Made by a program: the position numbers and the translations under genes. Source: a bacterium (lineage in GTDB: Bacteria; Chloroflexota; Dormibacteria; Aeolococcales; Bog-877). From it: a stretch of 64,000 bases of DNA. Below, piece after piece: positions 51,660 to 61,032 of the stretch. A model generated the notes under the pieces. That model was given only the letters and a program-made list of their open reading frames with translations, did not search any database and was not told where the DNA came from. How positions within the stretch are numbered: position 1 is the stretch's first letter; each line of letters opens with the position of its first letter. Location of the stretch: assembly GCA_021801645.1 (NCBI GenBank), contig JAJYXT010000078.1, positions 4,103 to 68,102 of the forward strand, in the 5' to 3' direction.

Positions 51660-52373
51660 TCACGGGATCCATATTCTACCAGCGCGCGAGGCGAGCCCCT
51701 GCCCCCAGCCGGTGCCGACGGCCCTTCCGGCGGCTCCGGCGGCGCCGCCCAGCGCCAGAGCGCTCAACGCCCACACCACCAGCCCCACCACCACCGGCCA
51801 CCCGGCCATGGCCGGGATGATGAGGAAGGCGGAGGCCCCAGTGACCGACATCCAGCGGAGTGCGCCCGACGGGGATCCTGGACTCCCGGCCCACAGCGGA
51901 AGGGAGCCCAGGATGGCCACCGCCACCGCCACCCTTCCGATCTCCGCACCGGTGCCCGGGGCCGAGAGCACCTCCGCCCATCCCGGGGTGCCAAGGACCA
52001 GGGCAAGACCCAGGAGCAGCAGGGAGACCAGGACGGGGTACAGAACCTCAAGGCCCGGGCGGACACGCGCGCTGCCTCCCGAACGGCCCCAGAGCACCCC
52101 CAGGACGGTCATCGGCAGCGACGCCAGCGGTGCCGCTGCCAGCCCCAGGCCCCCGAGCTGCAGCAGGGGGCTGCCGGGCCAGGGCAGCGACAGAGCCACC
52201 AACTCCGCCCCGGCGAGCACCGTAAGAGAGGGGAACGGGGCCGATGCGATCGGACGGCCCCGCCCGAGGTGAAAGGCGAGGAGGGCGGTGGCCGATGCCG
52301 CCAGCAGGCTGACCCCCCCGGGGTAGATGGCAAACCCGGCCATCAGGGACAGCAGGAGGAGAAGGTGGCTCAC
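51660..52373 (-). CDS. Polytopic membrane protein P4 (237 aa), unknown function
   Basis: C-terminal part of ORF 51660..54014. The GTG at 52373 overlaps the upstream stop (GTGA). Ala/Leu/Gly-rich TM segments. Confidence 0.5.
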   Translation of the reverse strand: MSHLLLLLSLMAGFAIYPGGVSLLAASATALLAFHLGRGRPIASAPFPSLTVLAGAELVALSLPWPGSPLLQLGGLGLAAAPLASLPMTVLGVLWGRSGGSARVRPGLEVLYPVLVSLLLLGLALVLGTPGWAEVLSAPGTGAEIGRVAVAVAILGSLPLWAGSPGSPSGALRWMSVTGASAFLIIPAMAGWPVVVGLVVWALSALALGGAAGAAGRAVGTGWGQGLASRAGRIWIP

Positions 52374-53620
52374 AGGTGGACTCCGAAAACGGCCGCCAGC
52401 GTCTGCTGGGGAACCACTCCGATCACCAGCGTGGCCACCGCCACCAGGAGTGCCACCGCCTCCTTGGCACGCCCGCCGGGGGGACGGCGCGGTGCCTGGG
52501 TGGCTGCCCTCATCCCGAGAGCCGACCCAGCCAGCTGCAGCCCCATCACCGCCAGCAGCCAGGTGGCGAGGGTCGAGCTCACGGGCGCGGCCGCCAGCAC
52601 CAGCAGGAGGCGGCCCGTGAATCCTCCGAAGGGCGGGGTGCCCGACACACCCACCCAAGCCACCAGCTGTGACCTCCGGCCCGCGTCCTCGCTCAAGACC
52701 GCTCCACTGAGCCAGTGCGCCAGGAGGAGGAGCATGACGGCACCCAGGGCGGTGACGCTGCCGAGCCCGACGGCCGCCGCCACCAGCCCGGCATCGGCGG
52801 CGGCCACGCTCCAGTAGCGGGACCCCGGGTCCGCCACCAGCCCGTGCAGCGACCAGAACACGGCTGCGGCGACCCCCAGGCCGATGAGGAGCTCCTGCAG
52901 CGGCAGCGCGATCTGGTGGGGTGAGGCGGCCACCAGCCGTAGGCCCAGGACGGCGCCGACGGGAAGGAGCCACACCCGCCAGAGGGAAGCCTCGGCGGCG
53001 CCCACCCGCCTGGACGCCCCCGGGATGAGGGAGAACGGGATGACGCCCATGAGGCTGGTGACAGCCCCGACGTAGAGGATCGCCACCAGGATTCCCGGGG
53101 CGGCGCCTTGCTCCACCGACGGGGTGATCACGGCTCCCACGAGCAGGGCCCCCATCGCCAGCAGGGCCTGGCGCGCCAGGCTCCTCACCGGCAATTGCGG
53201 CCCGGCTGCGCGGGACCAGCGCACCCAGACGACCCCCAGGACAGCACCGCACCCCAGGGCCACCGACACCAGGCCGGTGGCCGTGAGCACGACCACCGCC
53301 GGCACCGCGAGCAGTACCGAGGTCGCCGCCAGCCCGGGGGTGGCCCCCTCCCCGATCGCCACCTCCAGGACCTGCGCCGCGAGGGCGGCCACGACGACAC
53401 CGGCAGCCAGGCGCGTGGGGACCAGCGACCCGATCTGCAGGTCCGCCAGGGGTCTGGGTAGGACCGGTGCGACCGCTGCAGCCACCGCGGCGAAGGCGAC
53501 CGCCGCGGTGGCCACCGCCAGGACCACCGCCAGCCGAGCCCTGTGACCGGCGCCGAGCCGCCATACCGCCAGGGCCAGGGGGAGCGGCAGCAGGAAGGAT
53601 ACGGCCAGCGCCAGGCTCAT
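52370..53620 (-). CDS. Degenerate NuoN/MrpD-like (proton-antiporter-type) membrane protein P3
   Basis: In ORF 52370..53704. The ATG at 53620 overlaps the upstream stop (ATGA). GVSGTPPFGGFTGRLLLV resembles the G-x-PP-x2-GF-x-G-K-x-L motif of Nuo/Mrp antiporter-like subunits. Confidence 0.6.
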   Translation of the reverse strand: MSLALAVSFLLPLPLALAVWRLGAGHRARLAVVLAVATAAVAFAAVAAAVAPVLPRPLADLQIGSLVPTRLAAGVVVAALAAQVLEVAIGEGATPGLAATSVLLAVPAVVVLTATGLVSVALGCGAVLGVVWVRWSRAAGPQLPVRSLARQALLAMGALLVGAVITPSVEQGAAPGILVAILYVGAVTSLMGVIPFSLIPGASRRVGAAEASLWRVWLLPVGAVLGLRLVAASPHQIALPLQELLIGLGVAAAVFWSLHGLVADPGSRYWSVAAADAGLVAAAVGLGSVTALGAVMLLLLAHWLSGAVLSEDAGRRSQLVAWVGVSGTPPFGGFTGRLLLVLAAAPVSSTLATWLLAVMGLQLAGSALGMRAATQAPRRPPGGRAKEAVALLVAVATLVIGVVPQQTLAAVFGVHL

Positions 53621-54222
53621 CCCTGCACCTCCCACGGCTGGGCGTGGGCGAAGAAACCCAGAAGCACCGCCGGGCCCCCAGCGGCCAAGGCGGCCGCCTG
53701 CCAAGCCCCGCCCCCCGAGTCCAGCAGGATGAACGCGCCCGCACCCATGCCGATCGCCAGGGCGCCAAGGGCGAGGTCCGCTGGCCCTCGCCCGGTCCCG
53801 ATCCGAATTGCCCCCACCTCCCAGGCGAAGAGGCAGGCGAAGGCCGGACCCTGAGTGCTGATGGTGCCCGCTCCCAGATGGCCAGAGAGCAAGCGGGCCG
53901 CCAGCAGCCCGCCCAGGCCCAGAAGCAACCTGAAGCTCCGCTCACTGAACACCCGGGGGCGTCCCACCACTGGGGCCCTGCCCAACAGCCAGACCAGGGA
54001 CCCCAACCGGGCACCCAACCCCCCCAGCCAGATCATGATCGCGCACGCGATCCCGAGGAGAAGGGGAACGGCCAGACTTGCCGCTCCACCGGCAAGATAG
54101 GCGACGCCGCCAAAGCCCGCCCCCAGGCACAGCGCGCTGACGATGGACCCCCTGGTGCCGCCGGCCAGCAGCGCCACCGCGGCCGCCAGGAATCCGCCCG
54201 CCGCCAGGAGCGAGGGGCCCAT
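53617..54222 (-). CDS. Polytopic membrane protein P2 (201 aa), unknown function
   Basis: In ORF 53617..54270. The ATG at 54222 shares one base with the upstream stop (TGATG). About six hydrophobic segments. Confidence 0.5.
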   Translation of the reverse strand: MGPSLLAAGGFLAAAVALLAGGTRGSIVSALCLGAGFGGVAYLAGGAASLAVPLLLGIACAIMIWLGGLGARLGSLVWLLGRAPVVGRPRVFSERSFRLLLGLGGLLAARLLSGHLGAGTISTQGPAFACLFAWEVGAIRIGTGRGPADLALGALAIGMGAGAFILLDSGGGAWQAAALAAGGPAVLLGFFAHAQPWEVQG

Positions 54223-55913
54223 CAGCGCTGTACCAGAAGCCAGGACACGGCGAGCGAGGCGGCCAACCACATCCAGACCGGCCGCTCGGCCATCTCACGG
54301 GCGGAGATGCGCAGCCCCGCCGTCAGCGCCTGCCGCGCCCTGCCGGCGGCCACCAGGCCGACTACCCAGCGCGGGGGGCGCCAGCCGTCGGGTTGGGGGG
54401 ATGGGGAGAGCTTTCCTCGGTCCGGAGCGGAGCTGCCCAGCACCTCCCGCACTCCCCAGTACCCGCCGGCGAAGACCACAGCCACCACGGCGAGGTAACC
54501 ACCCGGCCAGAGCAGACCCGGCAGCTGCACGGAGAGAGGATCGGGCGCGGTGAGCACCAGCAGGCCGAACCCACCTCCGGTGGTGACCGGCGCCGCGATC
54601 GCCTGAAGCAGCCCGCCGGGGAGGAGCGCGGCTGCGGCGAGAAGGAATCCCGGCAGGACCAGCGGCCAGGGTAGCGGTCGGCAGGGGGCCCGGAGCAGCC
54701 TGGATCCCCCCACCGCCAGGCCGGCCAGGGCCACCAGGAACCCCAGGGTGGGCAGCAATCCGTCCACCAGGCCCGCGTTCAGCCCCAGGGCCAGCCCGGC
54801 CACCCCGGCCGTGACCGCGGCGGACACCGGGAGACCCAGCGGGAGGAGGAAGACCCTGGACAAGCCCGGAGGGAGCGCCGCGGTGGCCACCGGCTGGTCG
54901 GACACCAGCACCCTAGGCCCCAGGAGGGCGGTCAACTCCAAGGACACCCCGGCGACCACGGCGAGGGCAGTCCCCGAGGCCGAATCGGCCCCGAAACCCA
55001 GCAGGACCAGGGCCGCCCCGACCATGAGCAGGGACCGCAGCCCCGTCCCTCCTGGCTCCCTAACCTGGAGCAGGAGGGCACCCAGTCCCAGGATGATGGC
55101 GACTCCGTCGAGCGCCGTGCCCAGGGCCGGGTGGGGCCAGGTCCCACCGGCCAGCTCCTGGACCCGGAGCAGTACCCCCAGCCCTGTGGGCACCGCCACT
55201 ACGGCTAGCAGGTCGCCTAGGTCGGAGGCCCGCGGCGAGCCGTACCGGTCGGGCAGGAAGGAAGCCCCGGTCAGCCGCGCGACGCCGGGGATCACCAGCA
55301 CGCCCGCCAGTGGCAGCGAGACAGCCGCCGTGGGGATCCCGGCGAAGACCACCGTCCCGGTGGTCAGGTTGAGGCCCACCACCGCCCCCAGCCAGATCAG
55401 CGAGACTGCCTGGTCCGCGACCGCGGCGGCGAGCAGCCGGCCACTCGGCGCCCGAGGGAGGCGAGCATAGCTGAGGCCGATCCCACCCACCGCCGAAAGC
55501 TGAAGTCCGATGTACATCGCCAGCAGCCCCCCGGCCAGTCCGGCCAACATGGCGCCCAGCGCCGCGGTGCCGAGAGCCGCGCTGGCCAGGGGCCCATCGT
55601 GGGTGGCGAGGCTGATCACCAGGGCGGCGGTGGCGGCGGCGATCGCCAGGGCCAGGCCGGCATCGTCCACCTGCAGCGTCACCGGGAGGCTGGGCGTGAT
55701 CCGCCAGAGGGTGACGGTCAGCACCCCACCGGGGGGAAGGGTCAGCACCACGTGGACCAGGTCCGCGACGGACCCGAGCAGGGCCAGCCGGATCAGGATC
55801 CTCCCCGTCCCGGCCGCCCGGGCCGGGACCACCTCGCCCAGAGCTCCTGCCACCAGGGCTGTGACCGCCACCGCCAGCAGCGCCAGGGCCGGCAGGTGCT
55901 GGGGGGTGAGCAC
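54222..55913 (-). CDS. Large polytopic membrane protein P1 (563 aa), weakly NuoN/MrpA-D-like
   Basis: ORF 54222..55913 (GTG), 16 nt after the valS stop. LAMYIGLQLSAVGGIGLSYARLP resembles the L-E-L-x-S-L-x-x-Y helix of antiporter-like subunits, but with Gln in place of Glu. Confidence 0.6.
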   Translation of the reverse strand: MLTPQHLPALALLAVAVTALVAGALGEVVPARAAGTGRILIRLALLGSVADLVHVVLTLPPGGVLTVTLWRITPSLPVTLQVDDAGLALAIAAATAALVISLATHDGPLASAALGTAALGAMLAGLAGGLLAMYIGLQLSAVGGIGLSYARLPRAPSGRLLAAAVADQAVSLIWLGAVVGLNLTTGTVVFAGIPTAAVSLPLAGVLVIPGVARLTGASFLPDRYGSPRASDLGDLLAVVAVPTGLGVLLRVQELAGGTWPHPALGTALDGVAIILGLGALLLQVREPGGTGLRSLLMVGAALVLLGFGADSASGTALAVVAGVSLELTALLGPRVLVSDQPVATAALPPGLSRVFLLPLGLPVSAAVTAGVAGLALGLNAGLVDGLLPTLGFLVALAGLAVGGSRLLRAPCRPLPWPLVLPGFLLAAAALLPGGLLQAIAAPVTTGGGFGLLVLTAPDPLSVQLPGLLWPGGYLAVVAVVFAGGYWGVREVLGSSAPDRGKLSPSPQPDGWRPPRWVVGLVAAGRARQALTAGLRISAREMAERPVWMWLAASLAVSWLLVQR

Positions 55914-55929
55914 TACGTCCCCGCTGGGG

Positions 55930-58545
55930 TCAGTCGGCCAGGGTGCGGCGGAGCAGTTCCAGACGCCGTACGGTCGCCGTCAGCCGCTCCCGCTCCCGAG
56001 CCACCACCGCATCGGGAGCCCGCGCGGAGAACTGGGAGGCGAGCTTGGCCTCCAGCCGTAGTCGGGTGGCCTCCAAATCGGACAGCTCCCTCTCAAGCCG
56101 CGCACGCACGTCCGAGTGCCGAGCCGCTGCCGCCCCCAGGTGAACTGAGCTGCCACCGACGGCCAGGGACGCAAACTCCCCCTCTGCGCCCGCCCCGGGG
56201 GACTCGAAGACCACCGGGGCGACCTGGGCCAAGTAGGCGGGGACCTCGGGGAAGCGGAGGTCCTCCCCCAGGTCAGCCAGCCGCACCGGCACCCCGGGCG
56301 CGCTCCGGCTCCGGCCCACCCCCAGCTCCTGCAGCCAGCTGCGCAACTCGCTCGCCAGCTCCTGGAAGGCGGCCATCGCCCGCTCGGCCGGGGCATCTTC
56401 GGAGAGCTCGCCGGCGGTGGGCCAGGCGGCGAAGTCCAGGGTCGGCGGGACCCCGGCGAACTGCTGCGCCAGCTCATCGGTAACGAAGGGCATGATGGGG
56501 TGGAGCAGGTGCAGGGTGGTCAGCAGCACCTCACGGGCCACCCAGAGTGCGGCTGGGTCTCGGCGCTCCATCCTTCCCTTGGCCAGCTCCAGGTACCAGT
56601 CGGCGACCTCGTCCCAGCTGAAGCGCCGGACGGACTCCACCGCGTCACCCAAGGCGAACTCATCGTAGGCGGAGGTCACCTCGTGCACCACCGCTCGCAG
56701 ACGCGAGAGGATCCAGCGGTCGGCCAGCTCCAACTGGGATGGTGGGGGAGGCTCGGCCGTCGGGATGCGTCCGTCGCCCTCGGGGAAGTGGGCCAGGTGA
56801 AGCAGCCTGACCATGTTCCAGAGCTTGTTGGCGAACCTGGCGTACCCGTCGAGTCGGGACTCGTCGAAGCGGGCGTCCTGGGTGCCCATGGCCACGGCTG
56901 CTCCCCAGCCCCTCAGGGCGTCCGCCCCATGCTTCTCCACCATCTCCAGCGGGTCTATCACGTTACCTCGAGACTTGGACTGGCGAGCTCCGTCCGCCCC
57001 CAGGATGGTGGCGTGGAAGATCACATCCGGGAAGGGCAGGTCGGAGGTGAAGCGCAACCCCATGATCACCATCCTGGCCACCCATAGGTAGATGATGTCG
57101 CGCGCGGTGCTGAGCACCGAGGTCGGGTAGAAGCGCCTCATCTCCGGCGTGGGCTCCGGCCAGCCGAGGATGGCGAAGGGCCAAAGGGAGCTGGAGAACC
57201 AGGTGTCGAGGACATCGGGGTCGAACTGCAAGTCCGAGTCCTGGCATTCCGGGCACCGGATGGGGTCGTCGACGAAGGCGAAAGCGTGCCCCCGCCCACA
57301 GGTGGCGACCGGGATGCGATGGCCGAGCCACAGCTGGCGACTGATGCACCAGTCACGCAGCCCGTCGAGCCAGCCGAGGTACTGGGCGCGGAACTGGGGA
57401 GGGTGGAAGCGGATCCTGCCTTCGCGAGCGGCCGCCGCCGCCGGAGCCGCCAGCTCAGCCATCCTCATCCACCACTGCGGGGTCACCAGCGGCTCGATCA
57501 CCGCTCCGCAGCGGTCACAGTGGCCGACCTGGTGGGTGATCGGGTCGGCACGCACCAGGGCCCCCACCTGCTCAAGAAGCTCAACGGCCCGCTGCCGGGC
57601 CTCGGCCACCGGCAGCCCGTCCAGGGCCGGCACCTCGGGGATGCGCATCCTGCCCTTGAGGTCGATCACGGTGAGGACCGGGAGCTGATGCCGGAGCCCG
57701 ATCTCGAAGTCCTCTGGAGAGTGCCCCGGAGTTATCTTGAGCGCCCCTGTCCCGATCTCCGGATCCACCGCCGGGTCCGAGATCACCGGCAGGGTTCGCC
57801 CGGATATTGGCTCCACCACCGTCTTCCCCACCAGGCCGGCGAACCGGGGGTCGTCCGGGGAGACGGCGACCGCCACATCGGCCACGATCGTCTCCGGGCG
57901 GGTCGTGGCCACCACCACCGAACCGTCCTCGCCCGCGATCGGGTAGCGCACCTGGAAGAAGAGATCTTCATGCTCCTGGTACTCCACCTCCTCGTCCGAG
58001 ATGGCGCTCTCGCAGCGGGGGCACCAGTTGACAATCCGGGGCCCACGGTAGATCAGACCCTGGTCGAAGAGCTCCTTGAAGGCGATGCGGATCACGCGCA
58101 CGTAGGCGGGGTCGAGGGTGAAGCGCTCCCTGGTCCAGTCGCAGCTGGCGCCCATCCCCCGCAGCTGGGTCACGATCCGCCCCTGGTACTCCGCGTACCA
58201 GCGTTCGACCCGGCGCCCGAACTCCTCCCTACCGATCTCCTCCTTGGAGGTTCCCTCTGCTGACAGCTGGCGCTCGATCACGTTCTGCGTGGCGATGGCG
58301 GCGTGGTCGGTGCCCGGCACCCAGAGGACTTCGTAGCCCCGCATCCTGTGGTAGCGGCAAAGGCTGTCCTGGATGACCGCGTTCAGCGCGTGGCCCATAT
58401 GCAGGGCACCGGTGATGTTGGGCGGGGGGAGGGCGATGGAGAAAGCGGGTTTGGGACTGGCGGGGTCCGCCACCCCCAACTTCAGCTCCTCCCACTGCTC
58501 TCCCCAGCGCCTCTCGGTGGGACCGGGCTGGTAGGCCGTCTCCAA
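55930..58545 (-). CDS. valS: Valine--tRNA ligase
   Basis: ORF 55930..58545 (TTG). PPPNITGALHMGHALN, a KMSKS-like QSKSRGN, and a C-terminal coiled coil. Confidence 0.95.
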   Translation of the reverse strand: METAYQPGPTERRWGEQWEELKLGVADPASPKPAFSIALPPPNITGALHMGHALNAVIQDSLCRYHRMRGYEVLWVPGTDHAAIATQNVIERQLSAEGTSKEEIGREEFGRRVERWYAEYQGRIVTQLRGMGASCDWTRERFTLDPAYVRVIRIAFKELFDQGLIYRGPRIVNWCPRCESAISDEEVEYQEHEDLFFQVRYPIAGEDGSVVVATTRPETIVADVAVAVSPDDPRFAGLVGKTVVEPISGRTLPVISDPAVDPEIGTGALKITPGHSPEDFEIGLRHQLPVLTVIDLKGRMRIPEVPALDGLPVAEARQRAVELLEQVGALVRADPITHQVGHCDRCGAVIEPLVTPQWWMRMAELAAPAAAAAREGRIRFHPPQFRAQYLGWLDGLRDWCISRQLWLGHRIPVATCGRGHAFAFVDDPIRCPECQDSDLQFDPDVLDTWFSSSLWPFAILGWPEPTPEMRRFYPTSVLSTARDIIYLWVARMVIMGLRFTSDLPFPDVIFHATILGADGARQSKSRGNVIDPLEMVEKHGADALRGWGAAVAMGTQDARFDESRLDGYARFANKLWNMVRLLHLAHFPEGDGRIPTAEPPPPSQLELADRWILSRLRAVVHEVTSAYDEFALGDAVESVRRFSWDEVADWYLELAKGRMERRDPAALWVAREVLLTTLHLLHPIMPFVTDELAQQFAGVPPTLDFAAWPTAGELSEDAPAERAMAAFQELASELRSWLQELGVGRSRSAPGVPVRLADLGEDLRFPEVPAYLAQVAPVVFESPGAGAEGEFASLAVGGSSVHLGAAAARHSDVRARLERELSDLEATRLRLEAKLASQFSARAPDAVVARERERLTATVRRLELLRRTLAD

Positions 58546-58554
58546 GGCAGCCCC

Positions 58555-60879
58555 TCAGCGCACGCTGGCGGACGCGGGTTCCAACTCTCCTGCGACCTGC
58601 CGCGCCGCCGCCACCAGATGGCGTAGGGAGGGATCGACCTCGTGCCAGCTCCTGGTCTTGAGGCCGCAGTCCGGGTTGGCCCAGAGCCGTTCGGCCGGGA
58701 TCACCCTGGCGGCGGACCGGAGTCGCTCCGCCATCTCCTCCACCGAAGGCACCAGGGGCGAGTGGATGTCGTACAGCCCCGGTCCCACCGGACCCGGGTA
58801 TCCGGAGTCAGCCAGGGAGCGCAGCAGGGACATCCCCGATCTGGCGGCCTCGATGTAGAGGGCGTCCGCCTCCATCTCCTTGATGCCCTCCATGATGTCG
58901 GAGAACTCCGCATAACACATGTGCGTGTGCACCTGAGCCGAGCTCGGCGCCCCACCGGCGGCCAGCCGGTAGGAGTCGACCGCCCAGCGGAGATATGCCG
59001 CCTGATCGGCACGTCGCAAGGGCAGCGCCTCCCTCAGCGCCGGCTCGTCTATCTGCACCACCCTGATCCCGGAAGCCACCAGGTCGGACACCTCGTCGCG
59101 GAGTGCCAGGGCGATCTGCTTGCAGCTGGTGGCTCGATCCAGGTCCTCGCGGGGGAAGGACCACTGCAGGATGGTCACCGGCCCGGTGATCACCCCCTTC
59201 ACCGGCCGGTCGGTCAGCCCCTGGGTGAACGTGGTCCAGGCCACGGTCATGGGGGCTGTCCGGAAGACATCGCCCAGGACGATGGGCGGCTTGGCGCACC
59301 GGGAGCCATACGACTGGACCCAGCCCCTGGCGGTGGTCACCATTCCCTCCAGCCGCTCCGCGAAGTACTCCACCATGTCGTTGCGCTCGGGCTCCCCGTG
59401 GACCAGCAGGTCCAGCCCCGCCTCCTCCTGGAAGCGCACAACCCTGGTGATCTCCTGGCGGATCACCTCCTCGTAGCCGGCGCTGTCCAGCTCCCCCCGG
59501 CGCAGCCGCGCCCGGGCCTGACGCAGCTCGGAGCGCTGCGGGAACGAGCCGATGGTGGTGGTGGGAATTAAGGGCCAGCCCAGGCTCTTGGCGAACTCCT
59601 TCCGCTGGTCGCTCGTCTGCCCGCGGCGAAGGTCCGAGGGGGACACCTGGCTGAGTCTGGCGGCGACCTCGGGTCGGTGGCGTCGGGGGGAGGTGCGCCG
59701 ACCTTCCACGGACGCCCGGGCTGCCTCCAGCTCCGAGTGGACGTCCGCCCCGCTTGCCCCCCGGGCCAGCAGGGCCACCTCCTCGAGCTTCTCCTCGGCG
59801 AACGCCAGCCAGGAGAGGAGTTCAGGGTCGAGAGCCGAGGTCTCGCCCCGGGTGGTCCAGGGAAGGTGCATCAGGGAGCACGAGGGAGCGATCAACACCC
59901 GCGATGGCCCCAGCTTGGACGTCGCCTTGGCGATGGCGGCCAACGCCGGATCGGGGTCCATCCGCCAGACATTGCGGCCGTCCACGAGCCCCAGGGACAG
60001 GCTCAAAGATTCCGGGGCAGCGCTGAGCGCCCGGTCCAGGTCCTCGGGGCCTCGGGCGAGGTCCAGATGGACGGCGTCCACCGGCAGCCCGACGACGCTC
60101 TCCAGGTTCGGCCCGAGCCCGCCAAAGTAGGAAGCGAGCAGGACCTTGAGCCCGGGCGCCGCCTGTCGCAGCTGGAGGTAGGCTCGCTCCAAGCCCTCCA
60201 GCAGGGAGACCGGGGCGTCCTGGGCCAGACAGGGCTCGTCCAGCTGCACCCACGCGGCCCCGGCGGCCCCCAGCTGAGCCAGCAGCTCCTGGTACACCGG
60301 GACCAGCGCGTCGAGGAGGCGCAGAGGCGACTTGGAACTCCCCGGGATCTTGCTGAGGCAGAGGAAGGTCAGCGGCCCCAGCAGCACCGGCCTGGTCTGG
60401 AACCCGGCCGCGAGCGCCTCCTTGAACTCGTCCACGACCCGGTTGGAGCTGAGCGAGAAGCGCTGCTCCGGTTCCAGCTCAGGCACCAGGTAGTGGTAAT
60501 TGGTGTCAAACCACTTCGTCATGTCCAGTGGCGCGACCTCACCGCCTCGCCTCTCGGCCCCCCTGGCCATGGCGAAGGTCAGGTCCAACTCGGATTCCAG
60601 CTCCAGCTGCCGGAAGCGCGCGGGGACCGCACCGACCATGAGGGCGGTGTCCAGCACATGGTCGTAGAGGGAGAAGTCCCCGCTGGGGAAGATGTCGATG
60701 CCGGCGCTGCTCTGGGTGGTCCACCGCACCCGGCGGATCTCGCGGGCGGCGTCGAGGAGCGCCGACCGGTCGATGCGCCCGGCCCAGTGGGCCTCCAGGG
60801 CGCGCTTGAGCTCCCGGTCCGGGCCGATGCGGGGAAAGCCGAGGCTGCTGGTGGCGACCCGGCCGTTGTTGTCAGACAT
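58555..60879 (-). CDS. metE: Cobalamin-independent methionine synthase
   Basis: ORF 58555..60879. LGFPRIGPDRELKRALEAHW, duplicated Meth_synt domains, HMCYAEF. Confidence 0.95.
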   Translation of the reverse strand: MSDNNGRVATSSLGFPRIGPDRELKRALEAHWAGRIDRSALLDAAREIRRVRWTTQSSAGIDIFPSGDFSLYDHVLDTALMVGAVPARFRQLELESELDLTFAMARGAERRGGEVAPLDMTKWFDTNYHYLVPELEPEQRFSLSSNRVVDEFKEALAAGFQTRPVLLGPLTFLCLSKIPGSSKSPLRLLDALVPVYQELLAQLGAAGAAWVQLDEPCLAQDAPVSLLEGLERAYLQLRQAAPGLKVLLASYFGGLGPNLESVVGLPVDAVHLDLARGPEDLDRALSAAPESLSLSLGLVDGRNVWRMDPDPALAAIAKATSKLGPSRVLIAPSCSLMHLPWTTRGETSALDPELLSWLAFAEEKLEEVALLARGASGADVHSELEAARASVEGRRTSPRRHRPEVAARLSQVSPSDLRRGQTSDQRKEFAKSLGWPLIPTTTIGSFPQRSELRQARARLRRGELDSAGYEEVIRQEITRVVRFQEEAGLDLLVHGEPERNDMVEYFAERLEGMVTTARGWVQSYGSRCAKPPIVLGDVFRTAPMTVAWTTFTQGLTDRPVKGVITGPVTILQWSFPREDLDRATSCKQIALALRDEVSDLVASGIRVVQIDEPALREALPLRRADQAAYLRWAVDSYRLAAGGAPSSAQVHTHMCYAEFSDIMEGIKEMEADALYIEAARSGMSLLRSLADSGYPGPVGPGLYDIHSPLVPSVEEMAERLRSAARVIPAERLWANPDCGLKTRSWHEVDPSLRHLVAAARQVAGELEPASASVR

Positions 60880-61032
60880 CTTCGACGACTCCTCTTGGCA
60901 CCGGCCACCCCCGCCATCGGCGCGATTCCGTGCATGGACTCAGCCACGAGCCAGCGGCCCGGGCGCAGCCGGACTCCCAGGACGGCCCCTGCCGCTGGCC
61001 CAAGTTTACCCGCCCCGGCCATCGCCGAGGGA
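60880..61032 (-). promoter_or_regulatory. Structured 153-nt metE leader; candidate cis-regulatory RNA of unresolved class
   Basis: The full intergenic region between the clpX stop and the metE ATG. A perfect 9-bp stem GCCAGCGGC/GCCGCTGGC (60950-60958 with 60991-60999) encloses 32 nt. The SD AAGAGGAG sits next to a G/C-rich segment. Confidence 0.3.

Noticed and set aside
52374-54014. N-terminal 547 aa of the 784-aa minus-strand ORF 51660..54014
   Set aside because: It is out of frame with, and overlaps, the membrane genes P2 and P3. Its composition is Arg/Gly/Pro-rich. Only the last 237 codons (from GTG 52373) look like a membrane protein.
60880-61032. Calling the metE leader a cobalamin riboswitch outright
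   Set aside because: I could not find a convincing B12 box (AGYCMGGGAGACCKGCC-like) or the GGGAA...GGUG...AAUCC core. I keep it only as an unclassified structured leader.
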